Below are positions 9,143-19,114 of a stretch of DNA of 64,000 nucleotides, piece by piece. A program made the position numbers and the translations under genes. Under the pieces are notes generated by a model that was given only the letters and a program-made list of their open reading frames with translations, ran no database searches and was not told where the DNA came from. The stretch's first letter is position 1, and each line of letters starts with the position of its first letter. The stretch lies in IMG/VR virus record IMGVR_UViG_3300024262_000018, positions 32,001-96,000 of that record. One strand, given 5' to 3'. Source of the stretch: a virus.

Positions 9143-11050
9143 CTATCTTCTTCTACTATTGGGCCAGGAATTGAGTCTTTCTAGATTTTGGGATACTTGT
9201 TGTCCTGTGCCATAGCCTATAGGCCCGCTCATAGAGTTCCACATTCTACTATTAACGCTACCCGCTGTTCCCATATCTATAACTTGACCATTCGGTAGTC
9301 TTTTAACAGCAAAAGAAATCGAGTTATAACAGGCACCGGCGAGACTGTCAACTACATCGTCCGTCGAGACTTCTCCTTCCCTTTTCGGGAAAACAGAATA
9401 ACCAGAAGGAGGCATAAACTTTCTTTGAAGATTAAACATCTCATCTCTCAATAACGCATAAGGAGGGATTTTTAATCTCCCAGAAATGACCAAATTATAT
9501 AATTCATCATATATAGTCATTTTATATTTTTTGCTATAATGAGTGCATTTTGCGGGAATACCAAATTTTCTCAGTTTATTAATGCTGGCTGTACTATTCC
9601 AGATATCATAAGTAATAACCCCAAAATAGAATTTCTTGCGTAACCCAATAACATAATCATCAATAACCTCAGTGTTAATGGGCTGATCCGGCGTAGGATG
9701 CCAATGTTTAATATGGTCAACTACAATGTTAAAATCATTTTTAGATGTTTTTTTATTAAAAAACACTTCTCTATGAACTACAACCAAGGAGTAGTTGTGG
9801 CTGGAAGTCGCGGGGTCTAAATGGGCAAAATAAACGACTCCCGCTTTCCCCATTTTCTCTATCTTGTGGCCAGGCTTAAAACAGTCTTCCACACAATGCC
9901 TTGGGAAGAAGTTCTCTCCACCCATTCCAGAGAATTCAGCCCCGAATTCCATCATAAACTGAACCTCTGTCATATGGCTATTAGTCTCTCTTAAAGATTC
10001 CTCTGTTAGTTCTGGAACAACAGCCCATGTCGGCAATCTACAGGCTAAACGAGATTCTACTTTTGGGGCTTCTTTATAAATTTCATAAAAAATACCGTCC
10101 TCACCTCTGGGAGAAGAGATACTAATAATCTTACTATCATATACTATTCTAGTTTTAGGCTCACCATCATCACCCAAGACTTCAACGCCATTTGCGTCTA
10201 AAACCTTTACAACTCTTTTATATGTGTTAAGAGAGGGAGACATGCTCGTATAAATACGCTCGCCAGATGAAGATCCGCCAGTTTTTTTATAAGATGCAAC
10301 TTCGTCAAGAATCAAAACAAATACACCCTTACCCAAAAGTGAGTCAGAGTTGCTATGCCCAACCTCTATCAATATAGATCCCTTTTTAGGCATTAATTTT
10401 CGTTCGAGTAAATCTTTATTTTCTATTCTATCACTTTGAGTCAAAAGATATATTTTAGATGTTTCCAAACCTTCTGGCATCATCTTATCTTTAAAATATC
10501 TGCTTCCTAATATTCTATCTTTAATTTCTTTAAATGCTGTATCCGCCTGGTCTTTTGCTGTTGCGACTGTTAGAATATTAATTGTAGCGGCAGAAGAAAT
10601 ACCATAAACGGCATATGGATCACCACCGGGACATTCTAACAACTTCATTGCTTCATATGTCGCAATTAGAGACCCGACGAAGTCTTTTCCAGCTCGTCTT
10701 CCCCAAACCAGAACAAGTTCTCTAAAAATATTGTTATCATAATATTTATTTAATGCATCCCCTCGATCACCATCAAATAAACCGTGATCCTTACACAGTT
10801 TAATCTCTTCTTTTGTTAATGATATATGTTCATTGCCAACAGACCCTCTATAGAATATCTTTAAAATTATTTCTTGAAATGGTCGTAATATTATACCTCG
10901 CTCTAATAAATTAAGATAATCAGGGCTATTGCAAAAAGTTATTATATCTGGAATATATTTTTTTTTACCTATATCGGTAGTCTCATTTTCCATGTCACTT
11001 TTCATCTGAGAGATGATATCAGAGATATTTGTATATTTTTTTCTCGGCAT
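9143..11050 (-). CDS. terL: terminase large subunit
   Basis: LRPFQ Q-motif, Walker A WGRRAGKD, Walker B VLILDEVA, coupling motif SISSP, RNase H-like FAHLDPA...TDDVVDSLAGA. Confidence 0.92.
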   Translation of the reverse strand: MPRKKYTNISDIISQMKSDMENETTDIGKKKYIPDIITFCNSPDYLNLLERGIILRPFQEIILKIFYRGSVGNEHISLTKEEIKLCKDHGLFDGDRGDALNKYYDNNIFRELVLVWGRRAGKDFVGSLIATYEAMKLLECPGGDPYAVYGISSAATINILTVATAKDQADTAFKEIKDRILGSRYFKDKMMPEGLETSKIYLLTQSDRIENKDLLERKLMPKKGSILIEVGHSNSDSLLGKGVFVLILDEVASYKKTGGSSSGERIYTSMSPSLNTYKRVVKVLDANGVEVLGDDGEPKTRIVYDSKIISISSPRGEDGIFYEIYKEAPKVESRLACRLPTWAVVPELTEESLRETNSHMTEVQFMMEFGAEFSGMGGENFFPRHCVEDCFKPGHKIEKMGKAGVVYFAHLDPATSSHNYSLVVVHREVFFNKKTSKNDFNIVVDHIKHWHPTPDQPINTEVIDDYVIGLRKKFYFGVITYDIWNSTASINKLRKFGIPAKCTHYSKKYKMTIYDELYNLVISGRLKIPPYALLRDEMFNLQRKFMPPSGYSVFPKREGEVSTDDVVDSLAGACYNSISFAVKRLPNGQVIDMGTAGSVNSRMWNSMSGPIGYGTGQQVSQNLERLNSWPNSRRR

Positions 11051-11080
11051 TGTTGTCCTTTCGTTAGACCCCGAAACAAA

Positions 11081-13333
11081 TTATGCCTCTTCTTTTCTTA
11101 CGGCATTTAAATAGGCAACCAGTTGTGTATAATCTTTTGGGAGAAATGTCGAATACATCGCCCCATCATAGTTATAAGGTTGTGCGTAAGCCACCCATTC
11201 CTCCTCAAAATCAGTATCAAGCGAGTCATAAAAACCTGCTAATATTTGCCTGTGACCAATACCTCGGAAAAACTGAATAGCACGCTCCCATCGAGGTAAA
11301 CCTCCAGCGTCTAGATTATCATCCTCATCCACAACTTGTTTTTGTCTGTTCCAGTTTATTATTTTCATAGATGCATCAAGACCGAGCCAAGAACCATAAA
11401 ACGAACCAGGATTCATGTACCACGCACCAACCGCTCTCGCGTTATGGTACGGATCGAAAGAGTCGCTCCATGTGGAAACAGTTTTAGATGGATCAGACAA
11501 TTGTATAATATTAAAAATACTAGCAATAAAATCAGCCAATTGCTGTCCCTGTGTCCCAAGGCTCGTACAGGCTGGATCCCAGCCGGACAAACGGATCTCA
11601 TCTGCCATGATAGAGTACTCATCCGGATCCCATTGATTACGCAGCTCTGTCATAATGGTTGACAGCCTAGCTCTATAAACTGTATCACTATAGCAGGGTC
11701 GCCAAGCCCCCCTGTAAAAACCGATATGATAGTAGGAACAAAGAACGACATCATCTGTGCTTAAAGCTGAGCCAACCTTGTTCATTTCAGGGACAGGAGT
11801 ATGCCATATCGAGCCATAGGGCATTGCGGTTCGAATGTTAATATCTTCTGCATTCTCAAAATCAACACCTTCCGTATACGTCGTGAGCCCATCTTCTGAG
11901 GTCATTATAAAAGGTGTATTATCTCGCCGGAGAACGTTCATTATGCCGGCGGGGGCAAATACTAATGTATCGAAGTCAATCGAACCAACCGTGGCGGAGG
12001 TTGATGGAGAAATATAAAAATAAATCTTCTCCGATTCCTGAGTATTAAATGTGAGGTTAATTTCTGTCCAATCCGCGTTAACGCTCTGTTGATAGTTTTG
12101 GAAGGTATATGTGGGGTATTCAACGCCGTCTACCGTACGCCACCCAATAGTAGTAACGCGAATAGTAGAATCATCATAATCTACACTGGCTTTTACGCGA
12201 AATGATACATGAACATAAGTGTGTTCTGTAGGGTCTAACACGCCAACATACCAGGGTGAATCGCCTACAGCGATATTCGTGTTTCCGGCTGGAACGACTG
12301 CATTAAAACGAATATCCAAATCATTCGGATCTGGTACGATAGAACCATCACCTTGCACGATAAACCGCATCTCAGTCGCAGGCATCCCCTCCGCTATAAC
12401 CTCCGCAGACTCGCCATCGGTGTAATAGTTGTCAGTGTAATTACTTGGATTCATACATCCTAACACGAACGTCATGCCAATTTCCCGTGCGTGTTCGCGT
12501 ATCGCAGTCATGCGAGCCAAACTAGCCTCCGACCACTGCTCAATAAACGCCCACCAACTAAATGCGAAAAACACACCTGTGTAACCAGCAGCCAACGCTG
12601 CATCCATAATAGCTATCTGCTCAGTATCATCCCCTTCGTCCTGGCACGAACTACCAGCGAACACCCAATGATTATAATTCCTTAAAATAGGAGAAAGATA
12701 TATATTAAATATAAAAGAAGAAAAACCCATCCATGTTATATAAAAAGTATATGCTCCCACAGTTCTTGTTATAGAATCTCCAATATTTAAAAATGTATAT
12801 TCTCCCGATCCACCAAAATCCCAAACAAACTGATCGTCAGATATCGCTACAGTAAAAGAATTACCATAAACTATAACAGTAGCCGTTGTAAGACCACCGA
12901 TTAAATTAAATTTAATACTTACGTCACTCTCAACAGTATAAGTAGATCCAGCATCTAATATAACATATTCTATATTTTCATCATCTATGGTAAAACCCAA
13001 TCTGTCAGAGAATAAAGCGAAATAATATCCAACCCGGATATCGTTATCTTTGAGATAGGCGTTTAAGTCCCCGTAGCTATTAATAATCCTCTGCTGCAAT
13101 GCTGTGATTACTCTATCTACGGTAGCATATCTATTGATAAAAACAGCGTCATTATTATTGATAGACCTCGAAATCTCATTTTTTAGACTTATAACGGTTG
13201 GGTCATTAACGGGGGCTGCTAAATAAGAAGACGTATTATACATTAACGACTCTATATCATTAATTATATATTCGGACTCTATAATAGAGGATAAGTAGTC
13301 GCTATAATCTTGGTATATCTCTGGAGTAATCAT
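11081..13333 (-). CDS. putative glycoside hydrolase (GH20-like TIM barrel with carbohydrate-binding insert) fused to phage N-terminal domain
   Basis: IMADEIR (DE pair), WSDSFDPYHNA, IINWN; galactose-binding-like segment; GC visibly higher than flanks. Confidence 0.55.
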   Translation of the reverse strand: MITPEIYQDYSDYLSSIIESEYIINDIESLMYNTSSYLAAPVNDPTVISLKNEISRSINNNDAVFINRYATVDRVITALQQRIINSYGDLNAYLKDNDIRVGYYFALFSDRLGFTIDDENIEYVILDAGSTYTVESDVSIKFNLIGGLTTATVIVYGNSFTVAISDDQFVWDFGGSGEYTFLNIGDSITRTVGAYTFYITWMGFSSFIFNIYLSPILRNYNHWVFAGSSCQDEGDDTEQIAIMDAALAAGYTGVFFAFSWWAFIEQWSEASLARMTAIREHAREIGMTFVLGCMNPSNYTDNYYTDGESAEVIAEGMPATEMRFIVQGDGSIVPDPNDLDIRFNAVVPAGNTNIAVGDSPWYVGVLDPTEHTYVHVSFRVKASVDYDDSTIRVTTIGWRTVDGVEYPTYTFQNYQQSVNADWTEINLTFNTQESEKIYFYISPSTSATVGSIDFDTLVFAPAGIMNVLRRDNTPFIMTSEDGLTTYTEGVDFENAEDINIRTAMPYGSIWHTPVPEMNKVGSALSTDDVVLCSYYHIGFYRGAWRPCYSDTVYRARLSTIMTELRNQWDPDEYSIMADEIRLSGWDPACTSLGTQGQQLADFIASIFNIIQLSDPSKTVSTWSDSFDPYHNARAVGAWYMNPGSFYGSWLGLDASMKIINWNRQKQVVDEDDNLDAGGLPRWERAIQFFRGIGHRQILAGFYDSLDTDFEEEWVAYAQPYNYDGAMYSTFLPKDYTQLVAYLNAVRKEEA

Positions 13334-14118
13334 GTATATATTATATCCGAAAAACGGCTGTAGTTATAATCTATCAAATCAGCCTTTTGCCTAATTCTAA
13401 AATAATATTCTTCTCCGCGAGTTAAATATTGCAGAGCGGAACTTTCATATTTTATCCTATATCCCGCAAAGACTGAACTAACACCGGCGGCCGGGACAGA
13501 CACAAATATGTTATCGGCATTTAGGTACTCCCATCCAGTCTGACTAGATTCTGAATCTAAAGAATATAGAATATTAGTAAAATTAACATCAGTAGCGACA
13601 TCTAATTCAAAATGATAAGAAACAGGTGACGAAATTTCATCAAGTATGTCCGTCTCAAAAGTCCAAAACCCTTCTGTATATAGATTATCCGAACTAACAT
13701 CAGTTAATAACTCCGACATGCCAACAAAAAAACTGCTAACCTTAAAGCCCGTATAATCTAGAAAATCTTCTAAATCAACAAGCCTCTCTTCATCATCCTG
13801 ATTTATTCTGGGGATTATTGTCCTAATGGCGTGTCGTAATAATAACTCAACATGTTTTGAGAATCTAGCAATTCGTCTTGCTTCTGAAGAGTCTAATGCC
13901 AAATCGTATGTTCCATATAATAAGGTTGTGGCAGAATCAATTTCGCTATCTGCGATGATTACATTTGTTACTGCGGAAGCGAAAAATTCTTTTCGCCAAT
14001 GATAAACTATATTCCTTGAGAGATAGTTATTTAAATAATTCCACAAAAGAAGTGTTTCCTGCAAAGTAGCAGGCGATGTAAAACTTTCAAAAATATCAGG
14101 TATCTCTGGAGCATTCAT
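13330..14118 (-). CDS. hypothetical structural protein with Fn3-like C-terminus
   Basis: YHFELDVATDVNF...LTRGEEYYFRIRQ. Confidence 0.45.
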   Translation of the reverse strand: MNAPEIPDIFESFTSPATLQETLLLWNYLNNYLSRNIVYHWRKEFFASAVTNVIIADSEIDSATTLLYGTYDLALDSSEARRIARFSKHVELLLRHAIRTIIPRINQDDEERLVDLEDFLDYTGFKVSSFFVGMSELLTDVSSDNLYTEGFWTFETDILDEISSPVSYHFELDVATDVNFTNILYSLDSESSQTGWEYLNADNIFVSVPAAGVSSVFAGYRIKYESSALQYLTRGEEYYFRIRQKADLIDYNYSRFSDIIYT

Positions 14119-14120
14119 AA

Positions 14121-14735
14121 CTAAATCTCTATTATATCGTTTTTAATATCTTTAATATTGTGAGTTGAGACATACCATCCTAATGGTATATTCGACAATA
14201 TCTTATTAAAATAATGATCATAAGCATTACACCATCTGTATTTCTTTTCTTCGTCTACCCGCGCTATTTTTTTTCTTAAGATGCCGGTCTCTTGTAGAGC
14301 GTATCTTTCTGCCTCTTCTTTTATCTCTTTCCACTCTTTTTCATCTTCTAGCAATGCTCCCCAATGAACTATTTCTCCTTTTTTTGCCGAAGCCCAATGA
14401 TCGATATTATAAGACGATATTTTTATAAACTCTTTAGTAAATTGGAAAGCGTCTGGATTGAACCCCTCTTCTTCTAATTGCGCTTTTTTAAGATTAAAAG
14501 GTAACGTAGATGGATCGGTTATAGATAGTAAATCTTCGTATTCGAAATCAGTTTGTGCTATTATGTCTAGATCTCGTATAGCACAATTAGGTTTATCTTT
14601 ATTTTTAGCATATGATCCCCAGATATAAAACTTATTGATTCCGCTTATATTATATAGGTCACTAGCCAAAGAAGATAAATTACTTTTAATATCTTTTACC
14701 TTTGGCATCGCTTTCTTATACCAGGAGTTGAACAT
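14121..14735 (-). CDS. Pol-beta superfamily nucleotidyltransferase
   Basis: IWGSYAK...RDLDII (hG[GS]..DxD) motif. Confidence 0.75.
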   Translation of the reverse strand: MFNSWYKKAMPKVKDIKSNLSSLASDLYNISGINKFYIWGSYAKNKDKPNCAIRDLDIIAQTDFEYEDLLSITDPSTLPFNLKKAQLEEEGFNPDAFQFTKEFIKISSYNIDHWASAKKGEIVHWGALLEDEKEWKEIKEEAERYALQETGILRKKIARVDEEKKYRWCNAYDHYFNKILSNIPLGWYVSTHNIKDIKNDIIEI

Positions 14736-14777
14736 ATTTATCCTTTTTATCTTATTTCTTCCAAATATAATTGGGTA

Positions 14778-15170
14778 TTATACCCCGGCACGCCAATTTA
14801 GATTCAAATTTCCTCCATCAAAGAATACGATTATAAAATCTGTTGTTTGAGCCAATTGAATCGTTACTCTACCCGCTGCTGGCCAATATTTAGGAGATCC
14901 GGCATTGGCGACTCCGCTAGAAGAAACTTGAACATTTGAAGCCCCAGTATCTAACCAAAATTCAAAATAATCGCATCCATCATTAAAATCGATTTGTACG
15001 GCCCCAGCCACACATGGCGTTACACCCTCATCCACCATCGTAAAGCTTCCTTGAGTTGCCGCCTGCCCAGCCAATAGCTGCCTAAGAGCATATGTCATCT
15101 GATCTTGCTTTCCAATCGTCGCGGGCGAATTTGAATATAAATCTAAATCTGTATAATTAGTATCTACCAT
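14778..15170 (-). CDS. hypothetical beta-rich protein
   Basis: likely start MVDTNY at 15170 after AGGAG SD. Confidence 0.55.
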   Translation of the reverse strand: MVDTNYTDLDLYSNSPATIGKQDQMTYALRQLLAGQAATQGSFTMVDEGVTPCVAGAVQIDFNDGCDYFEFWLDTGASNVQVSSSGVANAGSPKYWPAAGRVTIQLAQTTDFIIVFFDGGNLNLNWRAGV

Positions 15171-15284
15171 AATTTTTCTCCTGTATCTATTTATATTCGT
15201 TTTTTTTAACAAAAACCTTTTTACAAAAAAAATATTAAAATTTTCCTAAATGGCTAAACCGAAAAAAATAATTTTATTTTTTTA

Positions 15285-15313
15285 TTGCTTTTTTTAAGCA
15301 TCATGACTATAAT
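15285..15313 (+). promoter_or_regulatory. sigma70-type promoter of tRNA array 1
   Basis: TTGCTT-17 bp-TATAAT with AT-rich UP region; same hexamers as 60957..60985. Confidence 0.75.
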
Positions 15314-15318
15314 GTTAT

Positions 15319-15392
15319 AGCGGTTGGGTGAAACAGATAATCATGCGAGCCTCATAAGTTCGAGATAGCAGGTGCAACTCCTGTAGCCGCAA
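15319..15392 (+). tRNA. tRNA-Met(CAT), possibly initiator
   Basis: cloverleaf, loop CTCATAA, 1:72 mismatch; CCA not encoded. Confidence 0.85.
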
Positions 15393-15416
15393 TTTTACAA
15401 GGTTTGGAAATTTGCC

Positions 15417-15482
15417 ATGAATAATAACATTATATTCTTCGACGCCCCAGCAAATGCCCAACCTGATCCCGCGCAGATATAA
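15417..15482 (+). CDS. putative attenuator leader peptide MNNNIIFFDAPANAQPDPAQI
   Basis: 21 aa ORF; 11 of residues 9-20 are D/A/P/Q, matching downstream tRNAs; overlaps alternative hairpins. Confidence 0.7.
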   Translation: MNNNIIFFDAPANAQPDPAQI

Positions 15483-15537
15483 TCTATATCTTGCGGGATT
15501 CATTTCTTTTCTTTCCTTAAAATGTTTTCCCGCGAGA
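15465..15537 (+). promoter_or_regulatory. mutually exclusive hairpins (putative attenuator)
   Basis: 15465-15481 pairs with 15485-15500; alternatively 15489-15498 pairs with 15528-15537 (10 bp). Confidence 0.65.
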
Positions 15538-15578
15538 ATTCCCTGCGTTGTTTGAAAAGTTAATAAGAGTTTATATTA

Positions 15579-15652
15579 CGGAGTGTGGGCTAACGGCTGG
15601 CCGCCAGTTTTGGGAACTGGACATCGTGGAGGTTCGAATCCTCTCACTCCGA
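15579..15652 (+). tRNA. tRNA-Pro(TGG)
   Basis: CGGAGTG/CACTCCG acceptor, CCAGT-TTTGGGA-ACTGG, GGTTCGAATCC. Confidence 0.93.
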
Positions 15653-15758
15653 TTATAATGCAGTTCACGCCTCTTTTGGGTGAAAGTTCAAATACCCCAA
15701 AGGAATGTGTGAAAAATATACGAATATACTATAGAAACTTTTTATAAAGGAATATGGT

Positions 15759-16541
15759 ATGAAAGTGACATGTGACCAATGTAAAAAAGAATTTGAAAGA
15801 ACTGAAAGAAAAATAAGGATATATAAAACGCATTTTTGTAGTAGAAAATGCCATACTGATTATGTAAAACAGCACAGTACATATACTGAAGAAAAGTGTT
15901 CACATTGTGGAGAAAGTGTTTTCAGGAATAACGGCCAAAAAAAGAATAGTAAAACTGGCATTTATTTTTGTGGCAAGTTATGCCAAAATAGATATTTGGC
16001 AAAAAAATCAAAACTACACATAAATCCCTTTAGCCACCAAAGACGCAAAAAAAGAGTTCTTGAAAAGGCGAATTATACTTGTCAAAAATGCGGATACAAC
16101 AAAGACAAAAAAATGCTAGACATACACCATGCAGACAAAAATCATCACAACAATGCTTGGGACAATTTAAGATGTATATGTTCATGGTGTCATACCAAAC
16201 ATCATAGAAATGTTGAAGAAATAATCGGTCTTTTATCATTATTTGAAAGCACAATAGAACAAGAAAAAATTTTTACCAAAGAGAACAAAAGATATAGAAT
16301 ACCAGATGGACCCAAAAAGTCTGAACTAAATCCAAATTGGAGAAATTCTATTCGACCTAACCAAAGAAAAGTAGAACGTCCCTCTAAAGAAGAATTAGAG
16401 AAATTGGTTTGGGAAAAATCTACAGAAAAAATAGCAAAAGATTTGGGAGTTAGTGGAGTAGCAATAGCAAAATGGTGCAAAATATATGGAATAACAAAAC
16501 CGCCTAGAGGTTATTGGGCGAAAAGATACGCAGGAAAATAG
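15759..16541 (+). CDS. HNH homing endonuclease with Zn ribbons and C-terminal HTH
   Basis: CxxC repeats, LDIHHADKNHHNNAWDNLRCICSWCHTKHH, C-terminal KPPRGYWAK. Confidence 0.88.
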   Translation: MKVTCDQCKKEFERTERKIRIYKTHFCSRKCHTDYVKQHSTYTEEKCSHCGESVFRNNGQKKNSKTGIYFCGKLCQNRYLAKKSKLHINPFSHQRRKKRVLEKANYTCQKCGYNKDKKMLDIHHADKNHHNNAWDNLRCICSWCHTKHHRNVEEIIGLLSLFESTIEQEKIFTKENKRYRIPDGPKKSELNPNWRNSIRPNQRKVERPSKEELEKLVWEKSTEKIAKDLGVSGVAIAKWCKIYGITKPPRGYWAKRYAGK

Positions 16542-16546
16542 CATTC

Positions 16547-16617
16547 GGGGCCGTATTTCAACGGGAGAATATTTGTTTTGCACGCAGAAGATGTCAGTTC
16601 GATTCTGACCGGCTCCA
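16547..16617 (+). tRNA. tRNA-Ala(TGC)
   Basis: GGGGCCG/CGGCTCC with G3:U70, loop TTTGCAC. Confidence 0.92.
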
Positions 16618-16620
16618 TAA

Positions 16621-16693
16621 GGTCTTATAGTGTAATGGTTTATCACGCAAGATTGTCGATCTTGAGATCGGAGTTCAATTCTCCGTAAGACCG
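16621..16693 (+). tRNA. tRNA-Asp(GTC)
   Basis: GGTCTTA/TAAGACC, CAAGA-TTGTCGA-TCTTG, G73. Confidence 0.93.
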
Positions 16694-16777
16694 TTTAACA
16701 AAGTGCATCTATTTCGCATATCGTGTAGAGGCGAAACTTAATTGGCAAGGTTGCCTCCGTTAAAAAGGAAGAACAAA

Positions 16778-17772
16778 ATGACTAGATACAAAGAAATTGA
16801 AGAAGCAATCAAAACAACAGAGAAAATGATATCAAGCATTGAATGTGATCGTAATTTCGATGGACCTGCGACTATTAAACAAATTTTAGAAAATCAAATA
16901 ATAATTATAAAATTACTTTATTATTCTAAAAACCAATCAACAACAACTATAGAGATGGAGGCATAATATGAAACTTTATTTTTTAGATAAGTGGGGATGG
17001 CCTGTTGAAAGAATTAAAGGAAGATATGTTGTTAATTTTTTACGTCTTTTAATTTATACGCGAAAAATAGCAACAAAAAAGCAATGGGAGACGCGACTTA
17101 GTAAGCATATGAAAAGGATAAAAGCAGGCGAAGGAGGTTCATGCTCACAACAGGTAATAGAAACAGATAGTAAAAAAACGGAGGAGAAGCTCAATGGTTG
17201 ATTTAGGACCAGTAGAAGAAGGATATCTAACTGAAAATGAAGCAAAAGCCCGTGCGCAGATTGATATTAAATATTATAAATTATATTGCATAAAAGAAAA
17301 AATAGTAAAAGATCTTCTGCTTAAAGTCGCATTAGAAAAAATGTTTAACGAAATAGAAACAAGTAACGAAGGGCGGCGATGGACGGAAGCAGAAATTAAA
17401 GAAAAATTAGATCAATTCGTCGGAGTAGAACTTTTATATTATTGGGAGAACAAATACGATGAAAGAGACTACATCGCTATCCATTGAAGAAATGGAAAAT
17501 ATAAAATGAAAATTAGCGGTCCCATACAAATATTTGAAACATATGACGAAGCCATTGATTTTTTATATAAACATATTAAAACATATGACTTATCTTATAT
17601 TTCAGAAGATATAAAAAAAGATATTTTACATGATGCGTCTGGACCTGTTCACTTTAATATTCTGCTTAGGCACACAGAGTGGGCATCAAGCGATATAAAA
17701 AATGAATGTGATAGACAAGTAGGCTGGAACCTCTTAAGATATTTAGAATGGAAAGCAAAAAATGAAAAATGA
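16778..17772 (+). CDS. run of four small hypothetical proteins (16778-16966, 16968-17201, 17194-17487, 17506-17772)
   Basis: contiguous short ORFs with SD-like sequences. Confidence 0.5.
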
Positions 17773-18112
17773 CGAATCAATGACGCTTAAAAAACTAAAA
17801 GAAATTATAAAATGGGAAACTGATCGACTTACTAAGGCTCGTCCTGGCTCAAAACGAGATCATATTTTTTGGGCAACATTAAAAATTTCAGAAGAAGTTG
17901 GAGAAGTTGTCGAGCAGGTTTTAGCCTCAGAAGGTTTTCAAAGACAACCCAAATTAGATGCTTACAAAAAGGAACATCTTAAACACGAAATTGCTGATGT
18001 TCTTTTAGTCACAATGATTTTAGCAGAACGCTTGGGAATCGATATAGAAGAAGCATTAAAAGAGAAGATAGAGATAGTAGAAAAAAGGACATACGAAGAA
18101 TATAATACATAG
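17762..18112 (+). CDS. mazG: MazG-like nucleotide pyrophosphohydrolase
   Basis: KISEEVGEV...HEIADVL motif. Confidence 0.85.
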   Translation: MKNDESMTLKKLKEIIKWETDRLTKARPGSKRDHIFWATLKISEEVGEVVEQVLASEGFQRQPKLDAYKKEHLKHEIADVLLVTMILAERLGIDIEEALKEKIEIVEKRTYEEYNT

Positions 18113-18143
18113 GATCAACACTATTTTTACAGAATATTAAATT

Positions 18144-18201
18144 ATGAATATATACATAAAACACATTCTCCCCTTCCTTTGAGTTAGTTCAACTTAAAGG
18201 A
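18144..18201 (+). promoter_or_regulatory. uORF MNIYIKHILPFL with SD-sequestering hairpin
   Basis: uORF 18144-18182; 11-bp stem 18175-18185/18191-18201 covers the AAGGA SD of the gene at 18210. Confidence 0.55.
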
Positions 18202-18209
18202 GACACAAT

Positions 18210-18650
18210 ATGGGAAGTTTTAGGCACCCAAGGACTCAACAAGAAAAAAGGCAGAATCAGAATTGCGAATATTGTCGTCCTGCACGAAGACCTCATAATC
18301 TGATAGACGCTTGGGATGATGATCGTAAACATACTGACAAATGTTGGAAGAACTACAGAAAAACTCAATATAAAGTAAAAGCCCTTCCTAAAAAGAAAAA
18401 GAATAGTTCTTCTTTCGCAAAATCTATGGAGAATAAAGATCATTGGCATTTAAATCACAGATGCCAATATTGGTGTCATCGTCGTTTTTACGAAAATAAA
18501 TGCAAAGGCTGTGAAGATAGAGAATTGAATAGAAAAGAATATGAGCAAAGAGAGTTTAAAAAATTGCAGGCTCAATATGCGTTAGAACAAAAAGAGCGTC
18601 AACGAGAATGGAATAAAGAGTGTTACGAGTATTATTGGCATGGAAACTAA
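18210..18650 (+). CDS. basic Cys/His-rich hypothetical protein
   Basis: 146 aa, AAGGAG SD. Confidence 0.65.
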   Translation: MGSFRHPRTQQEKRQNQNCEYCRPARRPHNLIDAWDDDRKHTDKCWKNYRKTQYKVKALPKKKKNSSSFAKSMENKDHWHLNHRCQYWCHRRFYENKCKGCEDRELNRKEYEQREFKKLQAQYALEQKERQREWNKECYEYYWHGN

Positions 18651-18978
18651 AAAACAAAAACTGAAAGAATTAAGAAGATTATTTAGAGAACAAGTTCTTA
18701 AAAGGGACAATAACCAATGCGCATTTTGCGATTGCAAAGAAGATCTTGATGCTCATCATATAACAAATAGAAATTATATGCCCATGTATGGATATGTAAT
18801 CTCAAATGGGATAACATTGTGTAATGCTCATCATGCGTTAGCAGAACATTATTCTAGAGCAATTCTTAAAGAAAGTATGGAAGAGTTTTCGCCAGAGAAC
18901 TTATATAAAATAATTGATTCCTCGTATGACAAAGCATTATCAGATTGCGTAAAATTAGAAGAAGGAATTATAGGGTAA
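18640..18978 (+). CDS. small HNH endonuclease
   Basis: RDNNQCAFC...LDAHHI...NGITLCNAHH. Confidence 0.85.
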   Translation: METKKQKLKELRRLFREQVLKRDNNQCAFCDCKEDLDAHHITNRNYMPMYGYVISNGITLCNAHHALAEHYSRAILKESMEEFSPENLYKIIDSSYDKALSDCVKLEEGIIG

Positions 18979-18984
18979 TAAATT

Positions 18985-19055
18985 GGGCTCATAGTGTAGC
19001 AGTAGCACGAAACACTTTGAATGTTTTAGCTCCGGTGCAAATCCGGGTGAGCCTG
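18985..19055 (+). tRNA. tRNA-Gln(TTG)
   Basis: GGGCTCA/TGAGCCT, AAACA-CTTTGAA-TGTTT, G73. Confidence 0.88.
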
Positions 19056-19066
19056 TTAATGTGACT

Positions 19067-19105
19067 AGGGCAGTAGCTTAGTTGGTGGTAGAACACGGCT
19101 TTGAA
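19067..19105 (+). pseudogene. 5' half of a disrupted tRNA (Gln-like)
   Basis: AGGGCAG + D-arm + CGGCTTTGAA; complementary acceptor strand CTGCCCT at 20533-20539. Confidence 0.65.
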
Positions 19106-19114
19106 TATATAAAA

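Noticed and set aside
15660-15705. Additional tRNA-Pro-like remnant (CACGCCTCTTTTGGGTGAAAGTTCAAAT)
   Set aside because: No acceptor stem or complete cloverleaf; too degenerate to support
16700-16765. Possible small structured RNA after tRNA-Asp
   Set aside because: Only a weak hairpin, with no T-loop or family signature
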